Assembly: GCA_021740845.1 (NCBI GenBank)
Contig: JAIOYZ010000001.1
Span: 147,246 to 211,245, forward strand
Length of the DNA stretch: 64,000 nt
Source: Bacteroidia bacterium
GTDB lineage: Bacteria > Bacteroidota > Bacteroidia > UKL13-3
Reading direction: 5' to 3'
Shown: positions 33,346 to 43,592 of the stretch, one piece after another
Layout of the letters: every line of letters starts with the position of its first letter
Numbering within the stretch: the first letter of the stretch is position 1
The notes under the pieces: model-generated
The model's input: only the letters and a program-made list of their open reading frames with translations
What the model was told of the DNA's origin: nothing
The model's database searches: none
Position numbers and translations under genes: made by a program

Positions 33346-35202
33346 ATGAAAAAAATTGCTCAAATTATTCTTTTCGTTGCTTCTGGGTTTGCCTTAAATG
33401 CTCAAACTAATTCTGGTTTTACCTATTCTACCGTTAACCAAACTACGGCTAAGGCAGCAACTATTAACTTAATGGAATTGCCTAATTTGCCAGATGCGCA
33501 TATTATTAATATAAAAGCAGCACCTGCACCATTGAATGCTTCACAGGCTAAGAAATTAAGTTTGGATCAACAAAGAGCTACTTTTAAAAGAGGGCCTATT
33601 TTAAATAAGAAAGCAGGTGCAGCCGCTCCAACAGTTACTAAAAGTTTTAATGGAAATGTTACTCAAAGCACGCCAAACGACAATGATTTTTGCATTGGGA
33701 ATAGTGGTAGAATGATTTCTTGTGTGAATACCAATATCAATGTTTTTAATGATTCTGGAGTTCAAATTATTGGAAAAACTTTGGCAAGTTTAGGTCAGGA
33801 ATTGGGTCCATTAAATAGAACTTACGACCCTAGAACTATTTACGACCCCGTGGCAGATAGATATATTGTAGTTTATTTACAAGGAAGTTCTAGTTTAGAT
33901 ACTCGAATTATTATTGCCTTTTCAACTAGCGGTGATCCATCTAAAACATGGAATTTATATCAATTGCCTGGGAATATAACTGGGGATAGTTCTTGGAGCG
34001 ATTATCCTATTATTTCTTTGAGCAAAGACGAATTGTTTATTACCGTAAATCGCCTAAAAGACAATACATTTTGGAAGAATGGTTTCTTGGAATCTTATAT
34101 CTGGCAAGTTGATAAAAACAAAGGATTTGCGGGAGATTCATTGCCACAAAAAATTTATAATAATATTCAATTTAATGGCAAAAGTGTTTGGAGTATTTGT
34201 CCTGTAAAAGGTGGCTCTCAATTGTATGGGCCTGAAATGTATTTCCTTTCTCACCGACCATCTGATTTAACTAACGATACTGTTTTTGTGCATTATATAA
34301 CCAATACCATAGCATCTGGAAATGCTGAGTTAGGAATGAGAGTTCTTAAAAATCCAGTGTCTTATGGATTGCAGCCAAATGCTTTGATGCCAAACGGAAA
34401 GAAATTACAAACCAACGACGCTCGTGTATTGAGTGCAATGTATGAAGGCGGAGTAATTTATTATGTTGGAAATACTATCGACCCACAACGTTTTAGTCCT
34501 GGTGTATACTTTGGAAGAATTCATGAAATTTGGACGAGCACACCTCGTTTAGAAGGAACAATAATAGCATCTGATACATTAGATTTTGGCTACCCAAGTA
34601 TTGCCTATGTAGGTAGCGGAGAGAATGGCGATCACAGCAGTATGATAACTTTTTCTCATGTTTCGGATAAACAGTTTCCGGGAACATCTGTAGTTTATGT
34701 AGATAGGAATTTTAATATTTCGGAGCCAGTTTTTGTAAAGAAAGGCGAAGGAAATATTCAGTTGATAGGTGATACCGTTGAACGTTGGGGAGATTATACA
34801 GGGATTCAAAGGAAGTATAATGAATTAGGAGTTGCTTGGCTAAGTGGTTCTTGGGGAACGGCGCAAGGACAAAATAGAACTTGGATAGGAAGAGTTCAAA
34901 CCAATGATTTAACTTCTGGTTTGAACCAAACAAATGAAACTATTTCAACAGGAAAAGTTTATCCAAATCCAAGTTCGGAGCAAGTAACGTTTGAGTTTGA
35001 AATGAAAACCAAAAAACTATTGGGTGTTGAGTTGAGAAGTATTGATGGAAAGACAACACAGCTATTGGTTAAAGATTGGGCTAAGCCAGGTTTGAACCAA
35101 GTCCGCTTAGATATTTCTACTTTGAATTCGGGAATGTATTTCGTTAATCTATTATCAGATGAAGGCATTGAACATACGTTTAAGTTTGTGGTGCAGCATT
35201 AG
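33346..35202 (+). CDS. T9SS type A CTD secreted protein (probable beta-propeller body)
   Basis: Signal ending LNA|Q. DP...YDP, WSDYP and RWGDY motifs. VYPNPS...GMYFV CTD. Confidence 0.8.
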   Translation: MKKIAQIILFVASGFALNAQTNSGFTYSTVNQTTAKAATINLMELPNLPDAHIINIKAAPAPLNASQAKKLSLDQQRATFKRGPILNKKAGAAAPTVTKSFNGNVTQSTPNDNDFCIGNSGRMISCVNTNINVFNDSGVQIIGKTLASLGQELGPLNRTYDPRTIYDPVADRYIVVYLQGSSSLDTRIIIAFSTSGDPSKTWNLYQLPGNITGDSSWSDYPIISLSKDELFITVNRLKDNTFWKNGFLESYIWQVDKNKGFAGDSLPQKIYNNIQFNGKSVWSICPVKGGSQLYGPEMYFLSHRPSDLTNDTVFVHYITNTIASGNAELGMRVLKNPVSYGLQPNALMPNGKKLQTNDARVLSAMYEGGVIYYVGNTIDPQRFSPGVYFGRIHEIWTSTPRLEGTIIASDTLDFGYPSIAYVGSGENGDHSSMITFSHVSDKQFPGTSVVYVDRNFNISEPVFVKKGEGNIQLIGDTVERWGDYTGIQRKYNELGVAWLSGSWGTAQGQNRTWIGRVQTNDLTSGLNQTNETISTGKVYPNPSSEQVTFEFEMKTKKLLGVELRSIDGKTTQLLVKDWAKPGLNQVRLDISTLNSGMYFVNLLSDEGIEHTFKFVVQH

Positions 35203-35362
35203 TTTGTTATTGCTTTATTCTTGTGGTGCTAGCAAAAACAAGAAGGAAGTAAATCAAGAAAATACTGTGATTGAACAACCCAAGCCCTTAACAGATTCTG
35301 AAACAGATTCGTTGAAAAATTATCTGGATGCAGAGCGTGCAAGGCGCAGGCAAAAGCAATGA
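35159..35362 (+). CDS. Small lipoprotein
   Basis: Hydrophobic stretch ending LLYSC followed by a K-rich tail. Overlaps the upstream gene end; start uncertain. Confidence 0.65.
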   Translation: MKALNIRLSLWCSISLLLLYSCGASKNKKEVNQENTVIEQPKPLTDSETDSLKNYLDAERARRRQKQ

Positions 35363-36625
35363 TTAGCTCTTTACGATTTCGATTATTTTATTCATTACCT
35401 TCTCGGTAGCGCCTTTGTTTTGGTTAACAAAATTTCTGCTTTTTTCGCTTACAGAATTTCGGTAATTCTCATCATTTAAAACCTTTGTTATCCAATTGTC
35501 AAAATCGGTTTGCTGGTTTATTATAGTAGCAATTTCGGTTTGAACCAATTCTTTTGCTTCTGGAAAACGGTTGATTTTTGGTCCGAAGGCTAATGGCATT
35601 CCAAAGGCTGCTGCTTCCAAAGAATTATGCAAACCATTCTCCCAATAACCACCACCAATAAAGGCAGCATCAGCATAGCGGTAGGTTCGAGCCAATAATC
35701 CCATGCCATCTAAAATAAGCACTTGAAAATTTTGAAGTGGGGTGGAAGTATTTAGTTGTGAATACCGAATACACTTACCTTCAAATATCTTTTCAATGCT
35801 TGCAATTCGCTCATCTTCTACAAAATGTGGAGCAATAATGAGTTTGCATTTTAGGTTCAAACCGATTAATGCTTTAGCTAAAAATGTTTCTTCATTTACA
35901 TATGAACTGCCAGCCACAATAGTTAATTCTTGTTGCTTAAATTCATTAATATAGGGAATATCACCAAGGCTTTGGGTGATTTGAATCACGCGGTCGTAGC
36001 GGTTATCTCCAGTTACCATTTGCTGTTTGATTCCAATGGTTTTCAACAAATCTTCCGAGTGTTGGTTTTGATTAAAAATGAAGCTAAAGTAATGCAACAT
36101 TTCTTGATGAAAAGCTCCTATAGGTTTAAAAAAAATTTGGTTCGACCTAAATTGGGCAGCTAAAAGGAAAACAGGGATTTTCTTATTTTCTAAGGCTTGT
36201 AAATAGTAATACCAAAAATCATATTTGACCCAAAAAGCCATTGCTGGTTTTAAGGTTTCAATAAGCCAATCTGCATTTGTTTTGGATTCGAATGGAAGGT
36301 AATAAACCGCATCGCAAATGGAATCGTTGAGTTTAGATTCGTATCCAGATGGTGAAAAGAAAGTAGCAACTAATCTGTATTGGGGATAGCTCTTTTTTAA
36401 AGCTTCCATAACGGGTTTGCCTTGCTCAAATTCGCCTAAAGAAGAAACATGAAACCAAATACTTTTTTCGGTAAACTTAGCCTCGTTTTCAGCTATTTTT
36501 TGGTTCAAACCAACCTGACCTTTACAAAGTTTATTAGCTCTAATATTAAAAGGTGAAATAGCCTTTACTAAAGTAAAATAGGAGTTTGTGCCTATGGAGT
36601 ATAGTAGTTTACCAAGTGGTTTCAT
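35363..36625 (-). CDS. waaA: 3-deoxy-D-manno-octulosonic acid (Kdo) transferase
   Basis: WFHVSSLGEFEQ, TFFSPSG, GDNRYD and GLHNSLEAAAFG motifs. Confidence 0.93.
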   Translation of the reverse strand: MKPLGKLLYSIGTNSYFTLVKAISPFNIRANKLCKGQVGLNQKIAENEAKFTEKSIWFHVSSLGEFEQGKPVMEALKKSYPQYRLVATFFSPSGYESKLNDSICDAVYYLPFESKTNADWLIETLKPAMAFWVKYDFWYYYLQALENKKIPVFLLAAQFRSNQIFFKPIGAFHQEMLHYFSFIFNQNQHSEDLLKTIGIKQQMVTGDNRYDRVIQITQSLGDIPYINEFKQQELTIVAGSSYVNEETFLAKALIGLNLKCKLIIAPHFVEDERIASIEKIFEGKCIRYSQLNTSTPLQNFQVLILDGMGLLARTYRYADAAFIGGGYWENGLHNSLEAAAFGMPLAFGPKINRFPEAKELVQTEIATIINQQTDFDNWITKVLNDENYRNSVSEKSRNFVNQNKGATEKVMNKIIEIVKS

Positions 36626-36626
36626 A

Positions 36627-37394
36627 CTACTTAAATTGGAATTCGTTTTCTTCTTTGGTGTTTAAATAAATTGGAATCATCCAACCAAAGCGAAAGGAAG
36701 TGGAGTAGTCCATTTTTTTGCTTAAATCAAAACTTGCTTGATCATAATTATAAGCTCTGCGGTTATAGGTTTGCGCTTGCATTAAATCTAAACCAAAATA
36801 TAAGTTAACAAAACGGTTTCTACTATGATAAATATATCCCATAAATTCATTGAAGGCAATTCCAGAACTTAAGCGATCGTAACCTTTTACGTAATCTGCA
36901 TCTAGTTGGGGAATGTCGTTATCGTGTGGGGTAAGTTTAATTTTATGTTGTATATATCCGATGCCACCTTGAACAAAAATTCCTGAGTTCATATTGCGTT
37001 TGTTAAATCCAATAACTCTACCCACTTTAATATAGGCATCGATACCTCTCATAAAAACAGAATAATTTGCAGGTGCTCCATTAATGGAACTGATATAACC
37101 ACCACTACAAATGAGGTTGTTAAGTATTTCTACTTCTTTTATTTCCTTGCCAAAAAGGTAATTCAACTCTCCAGAAACCACCCAATTGTTTTTAGTTTTA
37201 AACAATCCGCCTGTACCAACAGAACTAAATGCCCCATAAGTCTTACCAAAAGAACCCGATGGAACTCTATAATTATAAAGAAATTGAAGGTCGACCAATT
37301 TATTACTGAACATGTATTTGTCTTGTGCGCCCGCTAATAGCGGGAGGGTTAGGCAAAGTGTCAATAGTTTTCTAGCAGTTATTTTTAGGTTCAT
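36627..37394 (-). CDS. Putative outer-membrane beta-barrel protein
   Basis: Signal peptide, alternating aromatic/Gly strands, C-terminal FGWMIPIY. Confidence 0.6.
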   Translation of the reverse strand: MNLKITARKLLTLCLTLPLLAGAQDKYMFSNKLVDLQFLYNYRVPSGSFGKTYGAFSSVGTGGLFKTKNNWVVSGELNYLFGKEIKEVEILNNLICSGGYISSINGAPANYSVFMRGIDAYIKVGRVIGFNKRNMNSGIFVQGGIGYIQHKIKLTPHDNDIPQLDADYVKGYDRLSSGIAFNEFMGYIYHSRNRFVNLYFGLDLMQAQTYNRRAYNYDQASFDLSKKMDYSTSFRFGWMIPIYLNTKEENEFQFK

Positions 37395-37583
37395 TCGAAA
37401 GCAAATATGCCAAATTTCGGCCTTATTCTAAAAAAAAATACATATGTGGGAATTATCAGGAAATATTATCCATTGTTTTTATATTTTCGTCGTAAGGTTT
37501 GCAGCCAAAGCAATTGATGAAAAGTTAACTTTGTAAGCAATTGCCTGCATTTACTTTTGAAACATTAACCAGAAAACAAAAAA

Positions 37584-38909
37584 ATGAAAATCGTAGTAAT
37601 TGGAACCGGCTATGTAGGCCTTGTAACGGGAACTTGCTTTGCCGAAGTAGGTATTGATGTTGTATGTATTGATGTAGATACAAAAAAGATTGAAAACCTA
37701 AAGAAAGGAATCATGCCAATCTATGAACCAGGATTGGAAGAAATGGTAATAAGAAACCATGAGAAAGGTCGTTTGAATTTTTCTACCAATTTGGGCGAAA
37801 ATATTGCAGAAGCGGATGTGGCATTTATAGCAGTTGGAACACCTCCTGGTGAAGATGGTTCTGCTGATTTAAAATATGTATTAGGTGTAGCTAGAGAAAT
37901 TGGTTCGCATATTACAGACCATATAGTTGTTGTAACTAAGAGTACTGTGCCAGTTGGAACAGCAGAAAAAGTTAGAAAAGCAGTTCAAGAAGAATTAAGC
38001 AAACGTAGTTTAGCTATAGAATTTGACGTTGCTTCTAACCCTGAGTTCCTAAAAGAAGGTGCAGCTATTGATGATTTCTTGAAGCCAGATAGAATTGTGG
38101 TTGGGGTTGAGTCTAAGAAGGCAGAAGAAGTAATGCGCAAATTATACAAGCCGTTTTTATTAAATGGCCATCCAATTATTTTTATGGATGTACCTAGTGC
38201 CGAAATGACTAAATATGCTGCAAATGCCATGCTTGCAACTAAGATTAGTTTTATGAATGATATTGCTAACTTATGTGAAATAATGGGTGCAGATGTAAAC
38301 TTAGTTCGTAAAGGTATAGGCAGTGATCCTCGTATTGGTAATCGTTTTATTTATCCAGGTATTGGTTATGGTGGTTCATGCTTTCCAAAGGATGTGAAGG
38401 CGCTTATACGCACAGCATCTGAAAATGGCCATAACATGCGTATTTTGCAGGCTGTTGAAGAGGTAAATGAAGACCAAAAAAGTGTTTTGTTTAATAAGAT
38501 TGCAGCACATTATAAAGGCGATTTAAAAGGAAAAACTTTTGCCATGTGGGGATTATCGTTTAAGCCAAAAACAGACGATATGCGTGAAGCTCCATCTTTG
38601 GTAATAATTGAAAAGTTATTGCATGCTGGTGCAAATGTTAAAGCATACGATCCAGTTGCTATGCATGAAGCTAAAAAAGATTTAGGTGAGCAAATAGAAT
38701 ACAGCAAAGATCCAAACGATGCATTAATTGATGCAGATGCTTTGTTAATTGTAACTGAGTGGCCTGAATTTAGAACGCCTAACTTTAAAGTAATGAGTAA
38801 GCTCATGAAAGAAAAAGTAATTTTTGATGGTAGAAATATTTATGATTTGGAAGAAATGGAAGAGCATGGCTTCACCTACTATTGCATTGGAGTAAATACA
38901 AATAAATAA
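37584..38909 (+). CDS. ugd: UDP-glucose 6-dehydrogenase
   Basis: [15 protein letters not shown] and [10 protein letters not shown] motifs. Confidence 0.97.
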   Translation: MKIVVIGTGYVGLVTGTCFAEVGIDVVCIDVDTKKIENLKKGIMPIYEPGLEEMVIRNHEKGRLNFSTNLGENIAEADVAFIAVGTPPGEDGSADLKYVLGVAREIGSHITDHIVVVTKSTVPVGTAEKVRKAVQEELSKRSLAIEFDVASNPEFLKEGAAIDDFLKPDRIVVGVESKKAEEVMRKLYKPFLLNGHPIIFMDVPSAEMTKYAANAMLATKISFMNDIANLCEIMGADVNLVRKGIGSDPRIGNRFIYPGIGYGGSCFPKDVKALIRTASENGHNMRILQAVEEVNEDQKSVLFNKIAAHYKGDLKGKTFAMWGLSFKPKTDDMREAPSLVIIEKLLHAGANVKAYDPVAMHEAKKDLGEQIEYSKDPNDALIDADALLIVTEWPEFRTPNFKVMSKLMKEKVIFDGRNIYDLEEMEEHGFTYYCIGVNTNK

Positions 38910-38910
38910 T

Positions 38911-39885
38911 ATGGCAAATAAAAGAGTTCTTATCACTGGTGCTGCTGGGTTTTTAGGATCGCACCTTTGTGATAGATTCATAGCCGAAGGTTATGATGTG
39001 GTGGGAATGGATAATTTGATTACAGGTGATTTAAAAAATATTGAACACTTATTTAAATTAAAAGAGTTTGAATTTTACCATCACGATGTAAGTAAGTTTA
39101 TACATGTACCAGGTAAGATTGATTATATCTTGCATTTTGCCTCTCCAGCAAGTCCGATTGATTATTTAAAAATTCCTATCCAAACTTTAAAGGTTGGTTC
39201 ATTAGGAATTCATAATTGTTTGGGTTTAGCTCGTGTTAAAAATGCAAGGGTATTAATTGCATCAACTAGCGAGGTTTATGGTGATCCAATGGTTCATCCA
39301 CAAACTGAAGAATATTGGGGAAATGTAAATCCAGTTGGTCCTCGTGGGGTTTATGATGAAGCCAAGCGTTTTCAAGAAGCAATGACAATGGCTTACCATA
39401 CTTTCCACGGATTGGAAACTCGCATTGTAAGAATATTTAATACTTATGGTCCTCGCATGCGACTAAACGATGGTAGAGTATTGCCAGCATTTATTGGACA
39501 AGCTTTGCGTGGCGAAGATTTAACCATGTTTGGTGATGGTAGTCAAACACGCAGTTTCTGCTATGTGAGTGATTTGGTTGAAGGAATTTACCGTTTGTTA
39601 TTGAGCGACCATGTTCAGCCAGTAAATATTGGTAACCCAGATGAAATTACCATTCGTGAGTTTGGTGAAGAGATTATCAAATTAACTGGGACAAATCAAA
39701 AATTAGTTGCTAAGCCATTGCCTAAAGATGATCCAAAACAACGTAAGCCTGATATTACCAAAGCTAGGGAGATTTTGGGTTGGGAGCCAAAGGTAAATAG
39801 AGCAGATGGCTTAAAAATTACCTACGATTATTTTAAGAGTCTATCTCCTGAAGAACTAAATAAAACAGCACATCGTTTCGATTAA
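38911..39885 (+). CDS. uxs: UDP-glucuronate decarboxylase (UDP-xylose synthase)
   Basis: [25 protein letters not shown] and [10 protein letters not shown] motifs. Confidence 0.93.
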   Translation: MANKRVLITGAAGFLGSHLCDRFIAEGYDVVGMDNLITGDLKNIEHLFKLKEFEFYHHDVSKFIHVPGKIDYILHFASPASPIDYLKIPIQTLKVGSLGIHNCLGLARVKNARVLIASTSEVYGDPMVHPQTEEYWGNVNPVGPRGVYDEAKRFQEAMTMAYHTFHGLETRIVRIFNTYGPRMRLNDGRVLPAFIGQALRGEDLTMFGDGSQTRSFCYVSDLVEGIYRLLLSDHVQPVNIGNPDEITIREFGEEIIKLTGTNQKLVAKPLPKDDPKQRKPDITKAREILGWEPKVNRADGLKITYDYFKSLSPEELNKTAHRFD

Positions 39886-39904
39886 AGTTTCTTAATTAAT
39901 ACTT

Positions 39905-39941
39905 AAAAGGTCGCTTTTCCACAAAAGCGACCTTTTTTTTT
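39905..39941 (+). terminator. Rho-independent terminator
   Basis: AAAAGGTCGCTTTT-CCAC-AAAAGCGACCTTTT followed by a T run. Confidence 0.88.
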
Positions 39942-39999
39942 GTTTCCACCTATATGAATATTTGATTCGATACCCATATTTTTGGAAATCTTATAACAT

Positions 40000-40545
40000 A
40001 TGAAAAACATCCAAACACTAATTATTGCTTTTGCCTTTATGGGATTATCGGCATGTAGCAAATCAGACAGTACTGTTGATTCAGGTTCAAATAATAATAA
40101 TGGTGGAGGTAATAACACCCCTACATTTTATTTTAATTGTAAAGTAAATGGAATTGCAACAGATTTTAAAGCAATGACCCTGGTAAAGGATAACCCAGAT
40201 AATCCACAACAATTATTTTTGGTTGGAGCTTTAAGCAATACTGAGTTACCTTCACTTACATTTACATTAAATAATAAAGGTGGTTGGACAGATGGTTTAT
40301 CTTATACACTAGATGAAAACGATTTTGTGAATACTGTAGAGTTTAAAAATGCTGCAAAGTTATTATTTAAAAGTACTGCCACACCAGCATCTGCCACAAG
40401 TGGATTAAGAATAAAATTTGATACCATTAAATTACCAAAAGGAGAATATGCATCTGGAACTTTTTCTGGAACTCTTCAATTAGAAGAAAATACCACTTCT
40501 GTTACAATAACAGAAGGTAAGTTTAAAGTTGAGTTTCTTAATTAA
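40000..40545 (+). CDS. Lipoprotein of unknown function
   Basis: Lipobox LSAC, N/G linker, beta-rich body ending SGTFSG...ITEGKF. Confidence 0.8.
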   Translation: MKNIQTLIIAFAFMGLSACSKSDSTVDSGSNNNNGGGNNTPTFYFNCKVNGIATDFKAMTLVKDNPDNPQQLFLVGALSNTELPSLTFTLNNKGGWTDGLSYTLDENDFVNTVEFKNAAKLLFKSTATPASATSGLRIKFDTIKLPKGEYASGTFSGTLQLEENTTSVTITEGKFKVEFLN

Positions 40546-40575
40546 TATTTGGTTCGAACCAAACCTAAAAAAAAA

Positions 40576-41535
40576 TTATGAATTGGGCAATTCCACTGGT
40601 TGGTATTGCCCAATTTTGTTTAACTCCAATAAAGTAGAATATCCGTTTTCTGATCTTTTAAACATAGGTAAAAACTTTGCGCCATAAACGATTTCATTCA
40701 AAGCATAACTATGGCGAGTATGAATTACCTGTGAATAGGTATCGTCAAAAGCTTTAAACATAAGAATAATTTCTGGGTTCATGTCTTCTAATTCCTTTTG
40801 GTTTAAACCAAACATAGGACTCTTATCATCAATGGGGTGAACTATTGTCCAACTAAGTGATAAGGCATTTACCTTGGCCAACTCTAAATTAAGGTTGATA
40901 AACCTTCTGGTGCCTGCTTCTTTATCTTGGTAATTAAATAATAAAGTAGCTTCACATTCTATCAATTGGTTTTTTCTTGCATTGGCAATTCTAAACATAA
41001 AGGCAGTCTTATCTTGATAAGGTGAAATGAGAGCTTTTTCACTATATAATAATTTTGCATAAGGCCTAGAAAATCGTCCATATAATAAACCTGTTACCAA
41101 GGCAAAACTCATTAAGCCTAATAATGCTTCAAACGATGCAAGCAGGTTGGCCATATTACCAATTGGACTAACCCTTCCATACCCAACGGTGGTTAATGTT
41201 TGAGCACTAAATGAAAATACCTCAATGAATTGACTTGCCATACTGGTATGAAAAATACCACTTAATTCTTCTAGTCCAATTAGAAAATAACCTATGGTAA
41301 AGGATAAATTAATAAGGATAAAAACAAGGATAATCATGGTGTTAAAATAACTCCAAGGCATGGTGATTAGTTGATGAAATGGGTTTATACTTTGCAAGAA
41401 ACCTTGACCATTTCTAATCACATTAAAGGTGCCATCTCTATTTAATAAACGGTCGCCTTGATTATTTGTTCCTGAGCCAAAACCAGTATATTTATTTGAT
41501 TTAAAACGTTTCTGAAGTTCGGATAATCTCGACAT
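40576..41535 (-). CDS. Inward-rectifier potassium channel (KirBac)
   Basis: SAQTLTTVGYG selectivity filter, RFSRP, and a Kir cytoplasmic domain (WTIVHPIDDKSP). Confidence 0.93.
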   Translation of the reverse strand: MSRLSELQKRFKSNKYTGFGSGTNNQGDRLLNRDGTFNVIRNGQGFLQSINPFHQLITMPWSYFNTMIILVFILINLSFTIGYFLIGLEELSGIFHTSMASQFIEVFSFSAQTLTTVGYGRVSPIGNMANLLASFEALLGLMSFALVTGLLYGRFSRPYAKLLYSEKALISPYQDKTAFMFRIANARKNQLIECEATLLFNYQDKEAGTRRFINLNLELAKVNALSLSWTIVHPIDDKSPMFGLNQKELEDMNPEIILMFKAFDDTYSQVIHTRHSYALNEIVYGAKFLPMFKRSENGYSTLLELNKIGQYQPVELPNS

Positions 41536-41540
41536 AGATT

Positions 41541-43583
41541 TTATTTAGATTCATTTGTTAATTCAGGTAGTTTGGCTTGCAATGCAAACATTTCATCACG
41601 CAATCTGGCTGCTTCAATAAAGTCTAAATCTTTTGAAGCTTTAAGCATACGTTTTTGTGTTTCATCTATAGCCTTTTTCAATTGTGCCGCATTCATATAG
41701 TTTAGAACTGGATCTGCTGCAATATTGATATTTTCGTTTTCTATGTAAGGCATTCCAACAGGACGAACAATTTGTGAATCGGCCACACTTGTTTGATCCA
41801 TGATATCTTGTATACTCTTTTTTACGGTAGTAGGAGTGATGCCATGTTTGGTATTGTATGCAATTTGGATTTGTCTCTTTCTTTCGTTTTCATCCATGGT
41901 CCTTTGCATGCTATCTGTAATTCTATCTGCATACATAATTACTTTGCCGTTTTCATTTCTGGCAGCTCTACCAATGGTTTGTGTTAATGATTTATCATTT
42001 CTTAGAAAGCCTTCCTTGTCGGCATCCATAATTGCTACTAAACTAACCTCAGGTAAGTCGAGGCCTTCTCTTAAAAGGTTCACGCCTATTAAAACATCAA
42101 ATTTACCAAGGCGTAAATCTCTTAATATTTCTACACGATCAATTGTCTTTACTTCACTATGGATATATCTACATTTGATATTTAACTTAGACATGTATTT
42201 ACTCAACTCCTCTGCCATTCTCTTGGTAAGAGTTGTCACTAGAATCCGATCGCCCATCTTAATGCGCTCGTCAATCTCATCTAATAAATCATCTACTTGG
42301 TTCAAACAGGGCCTTACTTCTAAAACAGGATCTAATAAACCTGTTGGTCTAATAATTTGTTCCACCACAATACCTTCGGCTTCTCTTACTTCATATTCAG
42401 AAGGCGTTGCACTAACATATATAGTTTGCGGAATAAGAGATTCAAATTCATTAAATTTTAAAGGACGATTGTCCATAGCAGATGGAAGTCTAAAACCATA
42501 TTCAACCAAGTTTTCTTTTCTACTTCTGTCGCCACCATACATGGCTCTTACTTGTGGCATGGTAGCATGACTTTCATCTACTATCAACAGAAAATCTTCG
42601 GGAAAATAATCAATCAAACAAAAAGGTCTATCACCAGGTTTTCTTTGATCCATATAACGGCTATAATTTTCAATTCCGCTACAATAACCCAATTCACGAA
42701 TCATCTCCAAATCAAAGTTCGTTCTCTCCTCTAAGCGTTTTGCTTCTAAAGGTTTTCCTATAGATTTAAAGTATTCAGTTTGCAAAACTAAATCATCTTG
42801 AATTGCCCGAATAGCCTGTTGAATTTGGTCTTTTGGCGTTACATAAATATTGGCAGGGAATATCGCTAAGTTGTCAACTGATTCTTGTTTTCTACCAGTG
42901 ATTGGGTCAATTATTGTTAATTCTTCAATATCATTTCCAAAGAAAGAAATCCTAAAAGCAATATCTGCATAAGCAGGAAATACATCCACCACATCGCCTT
43001 TAACTCTAAAATTTCCTCGTTGAAAATCTGCGGTTGTTCTGCTGTATAATGAGTCAACTAAAGAATATAACAAGGTATTTCTAGAAAGTTTATCGCCCTT
43101 CTTTAAGCGAATAATACTGTTCTCATAATCTTTTGGATTACCTGCACCATAGATACAACTTACCGAAGCAACAACTACAATATCTCTTCTTCCACTTAAT
43201 AAAGATGAGGTTGTTTTTAAACGCATTTTTTCAATTTCTGCATTTATCTGTAAGTCTTTTTCGATGTAGGTATTACTAGTAGGAATAAATGCTTCGGGTT
43301 GGTAATAATCGTAATAGGAAACAAAATACTCAATGGCATTATCAGGAAAGAACTGCTTAAATTCTCCATACAGTTGAGCTACTAATGTTTTGTTATGACT
43401 AACTATTAAAGTTGGTTTTTTTACTTGTTCAATAACATTGGCCATGGTAAATGTTTTACCAGAACCTGTAACACCTAAAAGTACTTGAGCTCTATCACCT
43501 CTGTTAATACCTTCTACCAAACTTTTAATTGCGAGAGGTTGATCACCAGTGGGTATAAATTGAGACGTTAATGAAAAATCCAT
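41541..43583 (-). CDS. uvrB: Excinuclease ABC subunit B
   Basis: GVTGSGKTFT, YYDYYQPEA, DESH and QTIGRAAR motifs, plus UVR tail. Confidence 0.99.
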   Translation of the reverse strand: MDFSLTSQFIPTGDQPLAIKSLVEGINRGDRAQVLLGVTGSGKTFTMANVIEQVKKPTLIVSHNKTLVAQLYGEFKQFFPDNAIEYFVSYYDYYQPEAFIPTSNTYIEKDLQINAEIEKMRLKTTSSLLSGRRDIVVVASVSCIYGAGNPKDYENSIIRLKKGDKLSRNTLLYSLVDSLYSRTTADFQRGNFRVKGDVVDVFPAYADIAFRISFFGNDIEELTIIDPITGRKQESVDNLAIFPANIYVTPKDQIQQAIRAIQDDLVLQTEYFKSIGKPLEAKRLEERTNFDLEMIRELGYCSGIENYSRYMDQRKPGDRPFCLIDYFPEDFLLIVDESHATMPQVRAMYGGDRSRKENLVEYGFRLPSAMDNRPLKFNEFESLIPQTIYVSATPSEYEVREAEGIVVEQIIRPTGLLDPVLEVRPCLNQVDDLLDEIDERIKMGDRILVTTLTKRMAEELSKYMSKLNIKCRYIHSEVKTIDRVEILRDLRLGKFDVLIGVNLLREGLDLPEVSLVAIMDADKEGFLRNDKSLTQTIGRAARNENGKVIMYADRITDSMQRTMDENERKRQIQIAYNTKHGITPTTVKKSIQDIMDQTSVADSQIVRPVGMPYIENENINIAADPVLNYMNAAQLKKAIDETQKRMLKASKDLDFIEAARLRDEMFALQAKLPELTNESK

Positions 43584-43592
43584 TTTTATTAT

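Noticed and set aside
41800..42570. 256-aa ORF antisense to uvrB, and similar shadow ORFs opposite tuf, rpl, rpoB/C, mfd and yceI
   Set aside because: Antisense shadows of conserved genes arising from codon bias. No recognisable motifs.
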